NCBI GenBank assembly: GCA_964247055.1
Contig: OZ176057.1
Span: 2,294,001-2,358,000 of the forward strand
Direction of reading: 5' to 3'
From: Paragordius varius
Lineage: Eukaryota; Animalia; Nematomorpha
Length of the DNA stretch: 64,000 bases
Shown here: piece after piece, positions 12,561 to 27,123 of the stretch
Numbering within the stretch: the stretch's first letter is position 1
Layout: every line of letters begins with the position of its first letter
The notes under the pieces: model-generated
Seen by the model: the letters and a program-made list of their open reading frames with translations, nothing else
The model's database searches: none
What the model was told of the DNA's origin: nothing
Position numbers and translations under genes: made by a program

Positions 12561-14111
12561 TAGGAAAAAGTTAAGACCCATTTATATAGTATATATAATT
12601 TTCTAATGGTGCAAACATAATACCGCCATTTTTTGACAAGGCTCTTGTGAGTTAATATCACTCCCTAGAAAATTGACATCTTTCAGTTGAATCTCTAAAA
12701 TTATTAATGAAGAATGAGAACACATAAATAGATAAATGGCCAAATCTTTTTTTTATAAGTGACTGTAGAACAACCCAATCAGTGGCCTTACCCTTTACAA
12801 AATCCTTTTCAAATTTAAGGTATAAACATTAGAAAAATGTTTAAAACCATATTTAATACTTTTCATTTTTTGGCTAATATGGAAAAAGCTTAATATTTTT
12901 CACTAAATATTGTATAAACGTAAAGAATTTCAAAATTATTGATAGCTTCTAAATTTTTTAAAATGAACGTTTTTGTTATTTACTATTAAAAGATATTAAA
13001 CACACGCTTTTGAAACCTTGATCTTATAACATAGTTACAAATATTTTGATAAAATATGGATATTCTGAAAGAAAAGTTTATAAGAATCATTTAAATACTT
13101 TTGAATTCAGAACTTACGAGTCATTTAATAAATATATTAAGATATTGTGATAACTGCTCCATATCAATTCGTTTCCAATTTTTGGGTGAATTTTTGTAAA
13201 ACACATTTATGTTTGAATTTAATTTGACGGAGAATACTTTTAACGTGATCATAAGAGCATTCATATGTTTTATAGAAGTTTATTTATTATAATAAACCTT
13301 TTTATACCGTTCTCATTATGCTTCAAAATAAGATTTAAAAAAAATGCATGTTTCGTCAAAAATTCTAGCAAAATTTTGTTGAATCCTAATTTATTTTTGC
13401 CTTTATCTACCATACATTTGAAAAAATTGGAGCCTTGGCATTTTTGCCTTTATTTAAAGAAGTAGCTCATAGAGGGGGCACGAATTTGAGACTTTCGGTG
13501 CCCAAATCTTAAAATTAAAATATTATAAATTTCATTTATTTATATGATAATTTTTGGATGAAATTATTTGGCCTTTAGCTGTTGGCAAAAAATTTATTTA
13601 GGTTAATGTCCGCTATTTACTGTATCGGGAAAATACCATATAGAATAAATTTCTTATATCATTTCTTAGCCCCAAAGCCAAAAACACCATGAGAATCTCG
13701 AAATATTAGACTATATATATATATATATATACATATAATTAGGATTTTAATTTATACCGCCCGATTTTGTGCGCACTGTAATACCTAAATGATTATAATT
13801 TTGAAACATGTAGTTTAGTTAATCAATTTATATCTTTACGTCTTATTTTGAAACCAAAAATAAGTTTTATTTAAAATGATCAATTTAATAAAGTATGGCT
13901 CGCTGAAAAAGTATTTATCGTAAAAATTTTACGTGTTTATAAATTTAAATTTTTAATATTATATAAAAATATTTGAATAGACAATAATTTTAAAATAAAC
14001 AATTAGTGTTCATTTAATTGTAAATCTTAGCGAAACCAGAAAATCAGTTTTCATACATGTAACAAACATTAGAGCCTAAATGTTTTATTTATTAAATCCA
14101 TTATATATTAT

Positions 14112-14266
14112 ATGTAAGTGTACATTGTTAGAAAGTTAAGCAATATTATTGGCTAACAATAGTAAAAAGTAAAAAAAATAACTATAAGATAATTATACTG
14201 CACTTTATTGGATTTACTATTTGGCAATAATTAATAACTTTCTAGCAATGTATAATTATCATATGT
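14112..14266. mobile_element. Degenerate copy of Tc1/mariner-type MITE family C
   Basis: Shares gtacattgttagaaa and tttctagcaatgtata arms and the internal tattattggcta...agtaaaaagt sequence with 41897-42089. Confidence 0.65.
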
Positions 14267-14541
14267 AATACACACTTATTTAAAAGTTATAGCCAAAATA
14301 AATAGCTTTATTTTTTGTTTTTTTTTTTCATTTATTTTAATTTTTCGTTTTTGAGATTTATAAATTATTACAATACTTGTAATTAACTCTTAAGCAAGCA
14401 CACCTCTCCAATTATTATTCCATTTTAGTAGTAAAATAAAAAAAGATATAAGAAATGACATTTATTATAGTTGGTATATTTTCGGATATAAATATAGTGC
14501 CTTACAATAAAAATTAAAGATAAAAATAAAATTAGTATGCT

Positions 14542-17517
14542 TTAATAATCTATAACCCACGGATTTTGAGCTATGTAGGCATCAACCACTTCCTTCATAA
14601 CTAAATTAGGGATTAACTGATCCGCAGTTAAGGGTGTACGCGTGATGGGGTCAAAATGACCTACACGCTATAAAAAAGTAAAAAGCAAAAAATTAAAATT
14701 TATGTGATCATAAAGACAAAAACATATTTAAAATGTATAAAACAAGAGTGTGGAACATAATTAGCTTTACAGACTATATTTTCAGAAAAATTCGAAGGGC
14801 TACATTCGTAAAATATATGGACATTAACAAATATGTCACTAGATTTAAATATAAAAGTGTAAAAACTAATATTTTTTTTAAACATTTTAGGCTAGTTCGT
14901 TGCCAAAATTTGGAAAAATCAATTCAGAAGGTTTATGTTTAACAAAATCAATTTTACTTATATTGTAAAATTTTGTTATGGATTTCATGGTTAAACACGC
15001 CCGGTATAAAGGATTAACTCAATAAATATATTTATTTGCAAAATAAAGTTAAAATTAATATTGCACAGATTAAAGACAAAACAAAAAAACTAAAAAATAC
15101 TGTTATTTAACTCTATGTTTAAATAGCAAAATAAGGAATAAAAATGTAAATTGTTCACAAATGCATATCAATTTTGTTTTTAAGTTTTTGAGAATTAAAA
15201 AATTAAAGTTTTTAAATATGGTTATATTTTTGTCTTTCACTAGTTACGATTCATCTTTTTAGACATAATTTTTAATTAATACCCATATTTTTTGACCATG
15301 GTGTGTGAATTAATAAAATTGCTGGTTTATTATTGTTAGAAAATTTACAGTTCATTTTTGGCTAAAATGAAGAAAGATGGAAATACATTTCTTTAGTTAA
15401 ACACTTAAAAAATGTTTTTTGTCGACAATGTCTTTGTTTGGTATTTAAATATGCTTTTATATTATAATAATTAAATTTGAACTTTTAAAGTCTATTCTTG
15501 GAATATTAAAAAAATTTTATGTGTGAAATATTTAAATTATTTAATAGCGCGAAAAATTATATACCTTTTACATCCAAATTCACCCTCGAACAATTAAAAT
15601 TCATCCTAAAAATAAATCATGCGTTTTCATGCTAAAACAAATCCTTAATATGTAATATATCTTTATGACATAGTTGAATATTTTTTCAGTATTATCAAAC
15701 GATATTTCATTTTTAGGTTAGTATTCAAAAATACTTAATTTATTTTCGAGTAAATTTAATTGTTCAAGGGGACATTTGAGGTGTAAATGGTGTATATATA
15801 AATTTAAAAAAAACTAAATAAAAAATAACTTGTAAATGTTCTTCAATATCTTTTCGATCGTAAGTTATTCCGCTAGGGGTTATAACTGGGTCCGTCATAA
15901 TTTCATAACTAATTTTTCCACACAAATAATCTGGTATATCTCTTTTCTGATTTAATAATAAATATCATATAAAAAACTATTATTTTTTAAAAAAATAAAA
16001 AAAGTGCAATATAAAACCTTATTTTTTAGATTAATATTTAATTTATTTTATATTTACGATAATATTGAACTAAATTTTCCATTTTTTCTAGTTTTAAACC
16101 TAGTAAATTGTTTAATTACAATTTTCGGTTAAATGAAGGCATTTCAAATAAAAATAGGCTATAAAATTTTGCCTTTTTTAACAAAATATTATGCCTATAT
16201 CATTATAAAAAATTTATTTCACAAATATAAATAAAAGGTAAAAACTAGCATAAATCTAATTCAATCCCTTTTAAAACCAGAAAATTATATACAAATATAT
16301 ATATAATTAATTGTAATAATGAAAATTAAAATATAAATTAAACTTTTCTTTGTTCATCAATTTGTTGAAACATGTGTAATAATTCTTGTTGGTAATTTTG
16401 CTACAAAATAAATAAAAATGAAAATCTAAAAAAATATTTTTAGCAATATTGTTAATAATGAATTAGTCAATATTTTTTAATAATTACATAAAAATATAAT
16501 TTATGTTTATAAAAGTACTTTGTTGTCCGTGTTAATATAAGATTGTGCATTTAAGAGGTTACTTATATTATATTATATTTGAGCAATTCTAAACACAGTA
16601 GTGTATGGGAAAAACAATAAAATGTGGATTGTGTTGCAAATTGCCCAACTATATTATTTTAAAATAAGCAACCATTAAATGCATACTGTAATTACCAATT
16701 TTAATTCACCCTCGAACAATTTAAATTCACCCTCAAACAATTTAAATTCATTCTAAAAATAAATTATGTGTTTTTGAACTTATATAACTAATTAAAAATA
16801 TGATCATATCTTTGCATAGTTTATTATTTTTTTTATTTTAAATTAAAACAAATATTTTATTTTACAAAATTATAAAAATATAGGTAAATTTGAATTAAAT
16901 AACATATGTTTCATTTGAGGGTAATTCGAATTGTTTATGGGTGAATATGAATTGTAAATGGTATATTATGAATTTTATATATATTTATAATATAACTCAT
17001 TATATAATTATTATATACCTTTTAATTAACTTATATTTTAAAGGCAATTTTAAAATTAAATTTTGAAAAATCAAGACCTAATTATATGGACAACCAGATT
17101 TTTAAAACAAATATCAATTTTTGAGACAACAATAAGTTGCAAAATATTTACAAGTTTATACTAAAAATTGTAAAAATATTTAAAATGGAAAATTCTTTTT
17201 ATTTCAATAAAATTATTACATATTTATCTTCTATGGCTAATTGTTGGGATTCTAATGCAGAAATATTTTCATTTTTGAGATTATCAGGGTGATCATTTAT
17301 GTTTGAAAGCTTAGATATTTCACTATAAACCAATACAATTATTAATAAAAAATATTGAAAAAAAAATCATAAATAAAATTATTTAAATTTGTTGTAAAAC
17401 AATATATAGACGGTTTTTCCCAAAAATTGGTTAATTTTTAAGGATATACTATAAGTTTAAGACGTATAGATTAGATAGGTTTCAAATCAATTTCAACTTA
17501 ATTTAAACAAATGTAAG

Positions 17518-17552
<35 letters not shown>

Positions 17553-19414
17553 GAAAATATAAATAACTTCGTAAATGCAATTATCAATATTACAAACGTT
17601 TTTTTATAAGAATTTAAAGATGAAACTGTAAAAACTACTACTTATTTTCACAATTTTTATTGGCACACTTAAAAATTTGTAGTGTGACTTATTCAGAAAA
17701 TTTGTTTAAGAAAATCAGTTTTATATTTAGAACATTTGAAAACTTTATATTTAAAATTTTTCGCGGGTTTATAGAAATATTTTGGATAGCTGCGTATGTG
17801 TTGGACACCCTTGCTCTAGACTAAAGTATGGCATTCAAACGGATACATAAAAACAAACCAAAAAAACTAGCTATTGATTTTATATTAAAAGTGAAATGAT
17901 AAACAGTTTTAAAAAAAATTTATTATATAAAACTAGTTTTGATTGAAATTTTTCTTTTTTTTAATTCATAAAATTTAATTATATTTTACACCAATACTTA
18001 AAATTTGTTTTATATCATATGATAAACATATCTATTATCGATCAAAACCAATCCTTAGTTTTTTACAATAATGCATCAAAAAATTAGTATAATTATAAAT
18101 GATGTGGTTTTTAATTTTACGAGTTTAAAATTAAAAATTCTTATCAATATTTACTTTTTGCCTATCACAAGTAATGGCAGCTATACAAAGCAGGAATAAG
18201 ATCAGCTATAACTTATGATTATCAAAAAATGAACAAAAATTAAACAAAACTCATAACTAGGAAAAACCGAAAACTTAAAAGATGCCCACGTAAAAATACC
18301 AACAGTCATTAAAAAACCGATAAAATTCATTATATCAGGAAGAGATTTAGTCTGCCCTTAAAAAACCAATGAAAACATTAATGTGTTGCTCTGAAAATAA
18401 AGTCTAAATATGATAATATAAAAATAGAGACTGGAAACGTTTACGAAACACCTTACCCATAAAAGAATGTAAAATTTTCAAAAGTGTGATAAGGAAATAA
18501 TTATTGGAAATTCAGGAATCCTAACTTTTAAACACATCTATGTGCTGCCCGCGATTTATCTTAAGTATTACCAATACAGTTTTCACAATTTGAAAAAACA
18601 TAAGCTCACAAAATGCTAGTAAATTTGATATTTCTTAAAAGCAAATTAGTGAATATGTTTTTCCAATGGGCAAAACGAACCAAATATAATTAGTTATTGA
18701 CATTTTATGCGATTTTTTTTCAAAAACTCTTATAAGTTTTAAACATACATGACCCCCGTATATTTTTACTGTTTTTGTGGTTAATACTTTAAGTATATAT
18801 GCTATTTACAGTTCAAATTCACCCTTAAACAATTCAAATTGACCCTTGAATAATTCAACTTCACCCTAAAAATAAATTATATGTTTTCGAACTAATATAA
18901 CTCATTATAAATATGAAATGTATGTTTCTGGTATAGGTTATTATATTTTCAGTATTATTTTAATTTGAAACAAAATTTTTATTTTTTTAAAATATACAAA
19001 AAATATAGGTAATTTTATAATCTTAAAAAGCATATATTTTATTTGAGGGTGAATGCGAATTGTTCAAGGGTGAATTTGAATTGTTCAAGGGTGAATGCGA
19101 ATTGTTCAAGGGTGAATGCGAATTGTTCAAGGGTGAATTTGAATTGTAAATGGTATATAGATATAGGTAGTAAAAGTAAAAAAAGTCAAAAAATTTCATA
19201 AAAATTGACTTTAATTTCCGTTCCTCAAGTAATTCCAACAATAATTTTTCCAATTCAGCTTCGCGTGATATACGACGCTTTTCTTGTTCGGCCCAACGCT
19301 TAGATTTGGCTATCCTTAGGTATTGCGTTATATCATCACCAAAATTTATACCCGTATCTCGTGATATGTTAAGTGCTATATATGTATATAAGGGGGTGTA
19401 AAGTAATTGAAATC

Positions 19415-19467
<53 letters not shown>

Positions 19468-22388
19468 TTTTAACACTTGAATACAACACATTCATTTCAG
19501 TCCTTCGATTGAAATTGGGGTAGTTGGATACCCGGAGCCTGTTTAAAATTAAAATCTTTAGAGAATATGGAAGGAATCGAAACCATGGCAAATTTGCAAT
19601 ATACCATTCTTAAACCGAAATATATAAAAAGATTTATTCAAAATACTTGATATTCGAAAACCGAAAGGCAAAAAATTAATCAACGTGACATGTTTGCAAT
19701 GGTAAAATCTAAAAATAATACAAAGTAAACCGCATTTTCTATTTCTATCATGTTGTAATTTAAATAAAATTAGCTTTAATTTTACCAAAATTATATCAAG
19801 ACGATATAAAAAATGGCGTCAAGGTAGTTTTACATGGAACTATTTTTCAAAACAAAATTTCATTTAGATATTTTGGCATATCTATAATATTCGGATAGAA
19901 GCATAAATTTAAATTCCGTTTCCTTAAGTAGTTTTTTAATCCCAAATTAAATTTAGTCTATGGTATTTAGATAGCCCGATTTGAATCGAAATTTTAATGG
20001 TTAATTATATCATACTATAGTTGGGGGGCAAATCGGAACATAGTAGTGTATGGAAAAAAGAGCAATAAAATGTTAAATACTTAATCTTTCATTTCTTTGA
20101 TACACTACTGTGTTGCAAATCGCCCTGCTATAGTGTGAAATAAGCAATTATCAATAAGTAAAAATTAAATTATACGGACAAAACGTAAAAATACAAAGAT
20201 GACATATATTTTGTTTCAAATTAAAACACTACTTTTTAAATCTTAATTCATTTGAATATAATTCAATAAAGTATAAAATAGAGATGTATATTGGTAACAC
20301 ACTCAATTACATATTTTACGATTCTTATTTAGTGATTTTAGAGCATAAGGTTAGAAAAAATATGGTTGGTTTTTTTTTTGAAAAAATTTGTCCTATAGAT
20401 AAAAAATTAAAAATATAAAAGCAAATAAATATGTTTCTTTAAAAGACAGCCATTAAACTACCAATCAATCAGAAACCTCATAATTCATTCCCAAAAATAA
20501 TTTGATTACAATTGTATTATTGTTGAATACTGCTTCATACTTTTGAAATTTAAAACATGAGTTAGTTAATTTAAAGATATCAAGTTTAAAGTAAAACGAT
20601 TAAAATATGTGTTTTAATTTTAACATTTTGTCCGTATATTTTAAATTTTATTGTAATTTATTAAAGGCTAAACAGTAAGGAGTTCAAACATCAGGGAATC
20701 TGAAAAAGTTTTTTTGCGACAAGTTTTAATTCATGATTTATTTGAATTCGCCTAATATTATTTGGCTTTGTCCTAATTTTGATAGCAATTATGAAATAAA
20801 GAGTCTAAAGATTTTGTGTTTGCAGGACCTAATTTTTTAAAAAAAATCATTTGGGTTAAATAAGTTAAAAAGGCAACTCTAAAATATGGTAAAGACTAAA
20901 TTTTGAATATTCGAAAATGAAAATTAGAAGATACACAAGAATTTAAAATTTCAAGGGTATATTTATGATATTTCAAGGGTATATTTATGATATTTCAAGT
21001 GTGTATATTAAAATTTTGAAAGTATATTAGATATAAGTCATAAAGTTGCAGAATGCATATATTTATGCTGGATTATTCACATTATAGTTAGTCAATTAGT
21101 AACACAGTTGTAAGGTATGAAAAAAGAACAAAATGGTAAAATCAAACAATTTTTTGCTATTTATCCTACAAGCTTACCTCTTTGTGCATAAAATTATGGA
21201 CAACGTTCATTTTTTAACACACGCTACTGTATAATTACAAATCGATTAATTATAATGCGAAAAGACCAGCGTAAATGAGTACATAATATAAATTAATTAA
21301 GGGTATCCAAAAACAACCCTTCAAAATTCTAAATACAAAATTCTAAATACAAAATTCTAAATACAAAATTCTAAATACAAAATCAAATCTAAGTAATTAT
21401 TTTCTTAAACAATTTTTCTTTGATAAATCTTTCCAATTTCGGCAATAAAATAGCAAAAAAATGTTAAAAAATTAATATTGATAGATGTAAAAATTGGAAT
21501 TATACGGACAAAGCGTAAAAATAAAAAGACAAATATTTTTTTTCAACGACAACCATACTTTTTGAAACCTTAATGTTTCCCATGTAAGCTATTTGGTTAC
21601 AATCGTAAAATATAGAATTGATTATGTTAGTAAAATATTTATCTATATTTCCTAAATTTAATTAAAAAGAATATATTATATTAAAATAAATCCAAGTTAT
21701 AAAAGGTATATGGTTATCTTTTAGATACAAATATTTGTCTTTAAAATTTTTACGTTTGTCCGTATAATTTGAGTTTTTACTGTAAAATTTGATAAAATTT
21801 AGCCCAATGCAGCTCTTAAAGTCAGATTTTGTTGGATACCCCCTGCAGTGAATGTTTAAGGGATTTTTTTTATATTAAAGTATTAACCTTTCTGAAATTT
21901 TATGATAGCTTCATCGTAGTAGGATTGTTCTAGGAGTGCTTGACCAGCAAAAACGTAAGCTTTAATATTCCAGGGATCTAGGGTTAGTGCTTGAGTACAG
22001 TCCTGTAAACATGCATCCCATTCTTGCAATTTGATGTGGGCCAATGCTCGATTAGTAAACAGTTTAGCATCTTTTGGATTTTTGATCTTTCGATAATATC
22101 ATATCTTATTTTATCGTTTTTTAATTTAAAAGTTTTGTTTAAATCAATAATTTAAAATACAATGTTTTTTGTTCCAATAAAAAAGATACTACAAAGTACA
22201 AAAATTTTGCGCATAGTTTTATTTCAAATAATTTTACAATATTTCAAATTAATATTGTAATTATTAATTCCAGATTAAATTTTAAAAAATACTATTGCTT
22301 GGGTATAGGATTGAATAGCATCTTGATATCTTCCACTAGAAAAATAACGATTTCCACGATTTTTTAATTCTTCAGAAGTATATGCCAT
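14542..22388 (-). CDS. STUB1: E3 ubiquitin ligase CHIP (TPR + U-box), complete, 7 exons, 287 aa
   Basis: Exons 22388-22293, 22086-21888, 19375-19210, 17322-17220, 16400-16344, 15946-15830 and 14667-14542 are all GT-AG and phase-consistent (864 nt). Motifs: [43 protein letters not shown]-box [47 protein letters not shown]...[12 protein letters not shown]...WVIDY*. Confidence 0.97.
15563..15791. mobile_element. MITE family A (21-bp repeat arms) in CHIP intron 6
   Basis: Left arm aattcaccctcgaacaatt; right arm ttgttcaagggg...tgtaaatggtg. Confidence 0.7.
16693..16962. mobile_element. MITE family A in CHIP intron 4
   Basis: Left aattcaccctcgaacaattt x2-3; right gggtgaatatgaattgtaaatggtata. Confidence 0.75.
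18801..19154. mobile_element. MITE family A in CHIP intron 3
   Basis: About 3 left units (aattcacccttaaacaattca) and about 5 right units of the 21-bp gggtgaat(gc/tt)gaattgttcaa, ending tgtaaatggt, flanked by TA. Confidence 0.85.
19421..19464. repeat. (AT)22 microsatellite
   Basis: Directly visible, at the edge of repeat family E. Confidence 0.95.
19480..19995. mobile_element. Interspersed repeat family E (MITE-like); inverted copy at about 24720-25270
   Basis: ttcatttcagtccttcgattgaaattggggtagttggatac and ggtatttagatagcccgatttgaatcgaa are near reverse complements of sequences at about 25215-25255 and 24721-24755. A related end occurs near 3140-3175. Confidence 0.65.
21322..21383. repeat. 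14-bp tandem repeat (caaaattctaaata) x4 plus a partial unit
   Basis: Units start at 21322, 21336, 21350 and 21364. Confidence 0.95.
21498..21769. mobile_element. MITE family B
   Basis: Inverted arms aattatacggacaaagcgtaaaaat / atttttacgtttgtccgtataatt, with internal gacaaccatact / gtatatggttatc. Related copies near 20167-20640 and 31273-31460. Confidence 0.7.
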
Positions 22389-22476
22389 AAATCTTACCTT
22401 TAAATTTATTATATATAGAAAATAAACTAAAATGGGTTGTTAAAACATATGATTAACTAAGAGCAGTTTGTTTAAA
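22389..22476. promoter_or_regulatory. Putative bidirectional promoter between STUB1 and RANBP3
   Basis: Divergent start codons at 22388 (-) and 22477 (+) leave 88 bp. Promoter function is inferred from the geometry. Confidence 0.55.
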
Positions 22477-25400
22477 ATGCTTCAAAAAAGTAAATTTTTA
22501 AAGCCCTCATCAATCAATGCAAATCCGATTTCCACATCAACAACATGCTTATTTAACAGTGCTAAAAGTTTTATTAAAATTAATACATTAGATGAATCAT
22601 CTGAAACTATAAAAGTTCCGACCCTTAATTTATCCTCAAATTTTACAAATCTTACCAAAACAAGTATATATTTTTTGTGTAAAGCATTTATTTTAGAAAT
22701 CCAATTGCCGACAAAAAGTCTGGATGAAAAGTAATCTATAATATCAAAATTTTATTTTAGATCCAAAGATATATCTCATTCCGAAACGATTAAAAGTTCG
22801 GATGAAAATAAAGCACCTACTTTTGTTTTTGGCAAAAATTTAATTGATAGAGTCGAGGTTTGTATTCCTATTTTTTATACTTTTTTAGAATTTAAAAGCT
22901 GACAATTTACTCTCATCAAAGGCCGATACTTTACCGCCTACTTTTGATTCACGAGAAATTGAAAGTAAGATTTTATTCAAAAAACTATAGATATATTAAA
23001 TTATAAGTGGTTTATCATTATTTCACTTTAAGGATTTTCGAGTAATCAAAAAAAAAATGATTTTGAACGAAATGAATCTAATTTTTGTTTAATATATTTT
23101 TGAGATATTTAATATTGGTTAAAATAAATATCCAAAAATATAAATGTAGCAGATATTTTTTTAATTGAACGCTGTTCTCACGATCTTACATCGTATTTAT
23201 TCGCATCATAACTATTTTTTTCAAAATAATTGAATTTTTAAATTTTGACATATTTCAGTTTTTTCCCAATGTTTCAAATATAATAATTTAATTTGCCTTG
23301 TTTTAAAAGTCCTGGTATGTTCAACTTTAGAAAAAGATTATTATTTTAATCCAATTTCATATATTTAAAATTAACAAAGAACGGACTGAGTTTATATACA
23401 TTTATTTATATTATTATTTTTACGCTTTTCTCATTTAATGTAATTTTTGTTATGCCATAAAATTGATTTTCAGAATTTTTAATGTGATTTATTTTACTTT
23501 ATTTTCAAGAGTCTCTTATAGAAAAACTTTTTTGGTTTTTTTATATTCTTTCCATTATAATTTGTAATAAAACCATTAAAATAATTGTTTGTTAGCACAG
23601 AAATTGAAATAATTAAAGTGACAATTATAAAAATAGAGTATTAAATAGATAAAAATGTTTAAGATCTGAATTAATAAACATCATACTTCTAAAACCTCAG
23701 ATTTTAATTTTGTAACTTATTTTTACAAATAAACTATTAAAACATACATACCAAGTAATAGGATAGGATGTGATCAACCAATGTTTATATATATTATATA
23801 TAAATTTCATTTTCAAAATACTTTCATATCTATCCAAATTTACCAGCATTATATATTTTTAGGTTAGTGTTACAAATGTACACCCCTTATTGATTATCAA
23901 GTTTTTAAACTAAAATTACTCAAATTATTAGCAATTATCCCTAAGATTATTTGTTAGTATGTCTTCTTAAAACACTTTCTTCAAGGATTACAGTTATGTG
24001 TTTTTCAACTTTAAACAATAAAATATAACCGTTTAAATTGAGTTAAACCCCTAAAGTTGATTTTATTAAAAATCGCAAAAAGATAAAACTTAAAAAGTGT
24101 GAATTCTTAAAATCTCGAAAGATATCTCCAATTATAAAATTTTATTTTTTTTAGCCAAAAAAATCACGAAAGAATTGCCCGAATTAAGCGAAAAAACCGC
24201 TAAAATTGACTCTAATATTAATAATGAAAACAATGAAACAACTCCAAATGATAATAATAAAACTTTAAACCTGAATGAGTCCGCACAAAAATATGCCACC
24301 TTCCTTAATTCAACCCGAAAAATTGAGGATAGTTTATTGCTCGATTCTCAACAAGCTAAATTAACTGGCGAAGAAAATGAATCTACTATATTTCAAGTTT
24401 ATTTTTAATTAGTTTTCGGAATTATTTTAAATTTATTTGAATTTATATCTTATTTTTTTACATGCAAAACTTATCATAAGTTTCTATTTTTGTAATGTGG
24501 AATGTGTATGTAAAAATTTTTGGAAATACCAGTTAAAACTCCGGTGTCATATATGTTTTTTATTATAAGGAGTTTAATTTTATGTTGATTTTTAGGGACA
24601 TTTACTAATTTATTGATTCAAAAACAGCCCATATATAGCATTTTTTTGATTATGGTGCTTTACGATTTTATTTTTACACTGTCTTTTTACAATCAGATTG
24701 CTATCCATATATATTAACACTTCGATTCAAATCGGGTTATCTAAATACCCCAGACAATATTTAAGATAATATTTTTAAAAAGCTACACTTTTCCAATTTA
24801 AATTTTATGATTTTTATTTTAAAAAAATATCTAATAAATAATTGAAATTGATTTAGTTTAAAAAAAGTTACGTATCAAATTATTTTTACGTCATTTTTTC
24901 ACAATATTTTTGCAAAATATCATGTTTATTTGCATTTAAGGCCGAAATTAAGTTTACTTTTTTATTGAAATCATATCAAACATTTATATAAACAGAAAAA
25001 GTGGTATAAATTTCATTATATTCATATTTAGCTTATGCACACATATCATGGCTAAATTTATATCTTTGAGTTTTACCTCTGAAAAAGTAATATCAACTAT
25101 TTTTGTATAATTTTTTTATATTTCGATTCATTAATGTTATATAAGTGCAAACTTTTGCGATGGTTTTTATTTATTCTTTATTTTTTGTAATATTTAATTT
25201 TAACAAGTCTAGGCTATCCAACCACCCCAATTTGAATCGAAGGACTGAAATGAATACGATGTATCCAACTGTTAAACATTTTTGATTTAAAAATTTTTTT
25301 GTTTTTTAGTTTTTACGTTAAACTATTATTTTTATACATAATTTATTTATTATGAGAATTACCTTTTTTTAAAAAAAATAAATTTTAAGGTTTATGGCAA

Positions 25401-26149
25401 ATTGTATGAATTTGATGCAAATCTTTCGCTTTGGAATGAACGTGGAACGGGAAATTTAAAACTAAACGAAACCTTACCAATACGAGAAAAAGCAAATAAT
25501 GAAAACGGATTGATTTTAGACAATTCAGAATTAAAATGTCGATTAAGTGAGATTTTAAAACATTTACATATATATATATATACCATTTGCACTTTAAGAG
25601 TGTCCTTTATATACCTTAAGTTGGTCCTTGAACCTTTCAAATTGGTGTCTGAACCTTTAAAGTTTGAATTTAAACATAATTTTTGCATTTATTTGTTTTA
25701 TTTTTTTTATTTTCATTATTTATAATAAATTTTTATTCATTTAAATTAAATTATTTTTCATCTCAAAACTACTTTTTTGTTTCCAACTTATTTTTTCAAA
25801 TCAATTTTATTCGATTCTAAATGTTTTCAACTATTAATTGTGATTAATAACCCAGAAAACTTATAAATTTTTTCAATTACATGTTAAAATTATAAATTCA
25901 TATATTTTAATACGGTTTCTAAATTGGCATTGATTTAAAAGTTTGGTTAAATCAAGAGAATAAGTTAAAAATTATAAAATATATATTATTATACATGGTT
26001 TGATTGATTAAATTAAAAACAATGTAAAAAAAATGGAGGGCCAACTTGAGTTCTTTAAAGACCTGCTTGAAGTGCAATTAATATATGGTTTTTAATTATT
26101 TTATCCGAATAATCAATATATCTCTAGGTTATATTTTATTCTTGATTGA

Positions 26150-26199
<50 letters not shown>

Positions 26200-27060
26200 G
26201 AGAAAATTAGACAATAATTGTTATATAAATAAGTAATTTTATCGATATCTAAGCTTTAAGATTGCGGATTTCCGTTTTGAGAAAATATTTCATATTCAGC
26301 CTAGGTTTTTTTATTTAATTTGAAAGAAAAACACATATAGGGCTAATTGGTCTCAAGATTTTATAGTATTAGTAAATTATTCCATGATTTATCAATTGGA
26401 AAAATATAGCTTTAAAGTATTATATAAGCTCAATTTTAAATTCATAAATTATATATGAAAAAATGGTATTCAATAAGGTTTTTTTGCGAAATAAAATTAT
26501 TTTAATATTATTTATATCTTTGTCCTGAAATACATGAAAAAATATTTTATTAAATTGTTGGTTAAAAGTATCATATGATTTATTTCTACAAATAAAAACG
26601 TTTATGAAATTTATATTATAAAAATTGTTTTATTAATAAAAGATAACGTTATAATATATTAGGCTTATTCAATTGTGAGTTTGCCTATTAACCTTATTGT
26701 CTCGAAGTTTATGTTTTCAACAATTAATTAACTCAAAAATTTTAAATGTTTTCAAAAAACTTTTTATCTTCTTATATTTTGAAATAAAAAACAAAAATTA
26801 TAGTTTTATTTTCCAATAAATTTTTTATTTAAAACCTTTTTTTTGAAAAGCGATCTTGAAGAAAAATTCTTAAGTTTATTTAATACAATACGGTTATTTC
26901 CTAATGATAATCAAATAATATAAACTTAAAAATTTGGATTGATTTTAACTACGTTTTTAATTGTTTATAATTTATATTTTATTGAATTTTTTAACTTTAT
27001 ATATATATATAGCCAACAATCTACCTTAATTTAATGTTAATAAAAAAATTTTTATGTTTT

Positions 27061-27123
<63 letters not shown>

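Noticed and set aside
19047-19150. Regular 21-bp repeats resembling a CRISPR array
   Set aside because: The units are contiguous with no unique spacers, occur as inverted arms of a dispersed MITE, and lie in a spliceosomal intron with no cas genes nearby.
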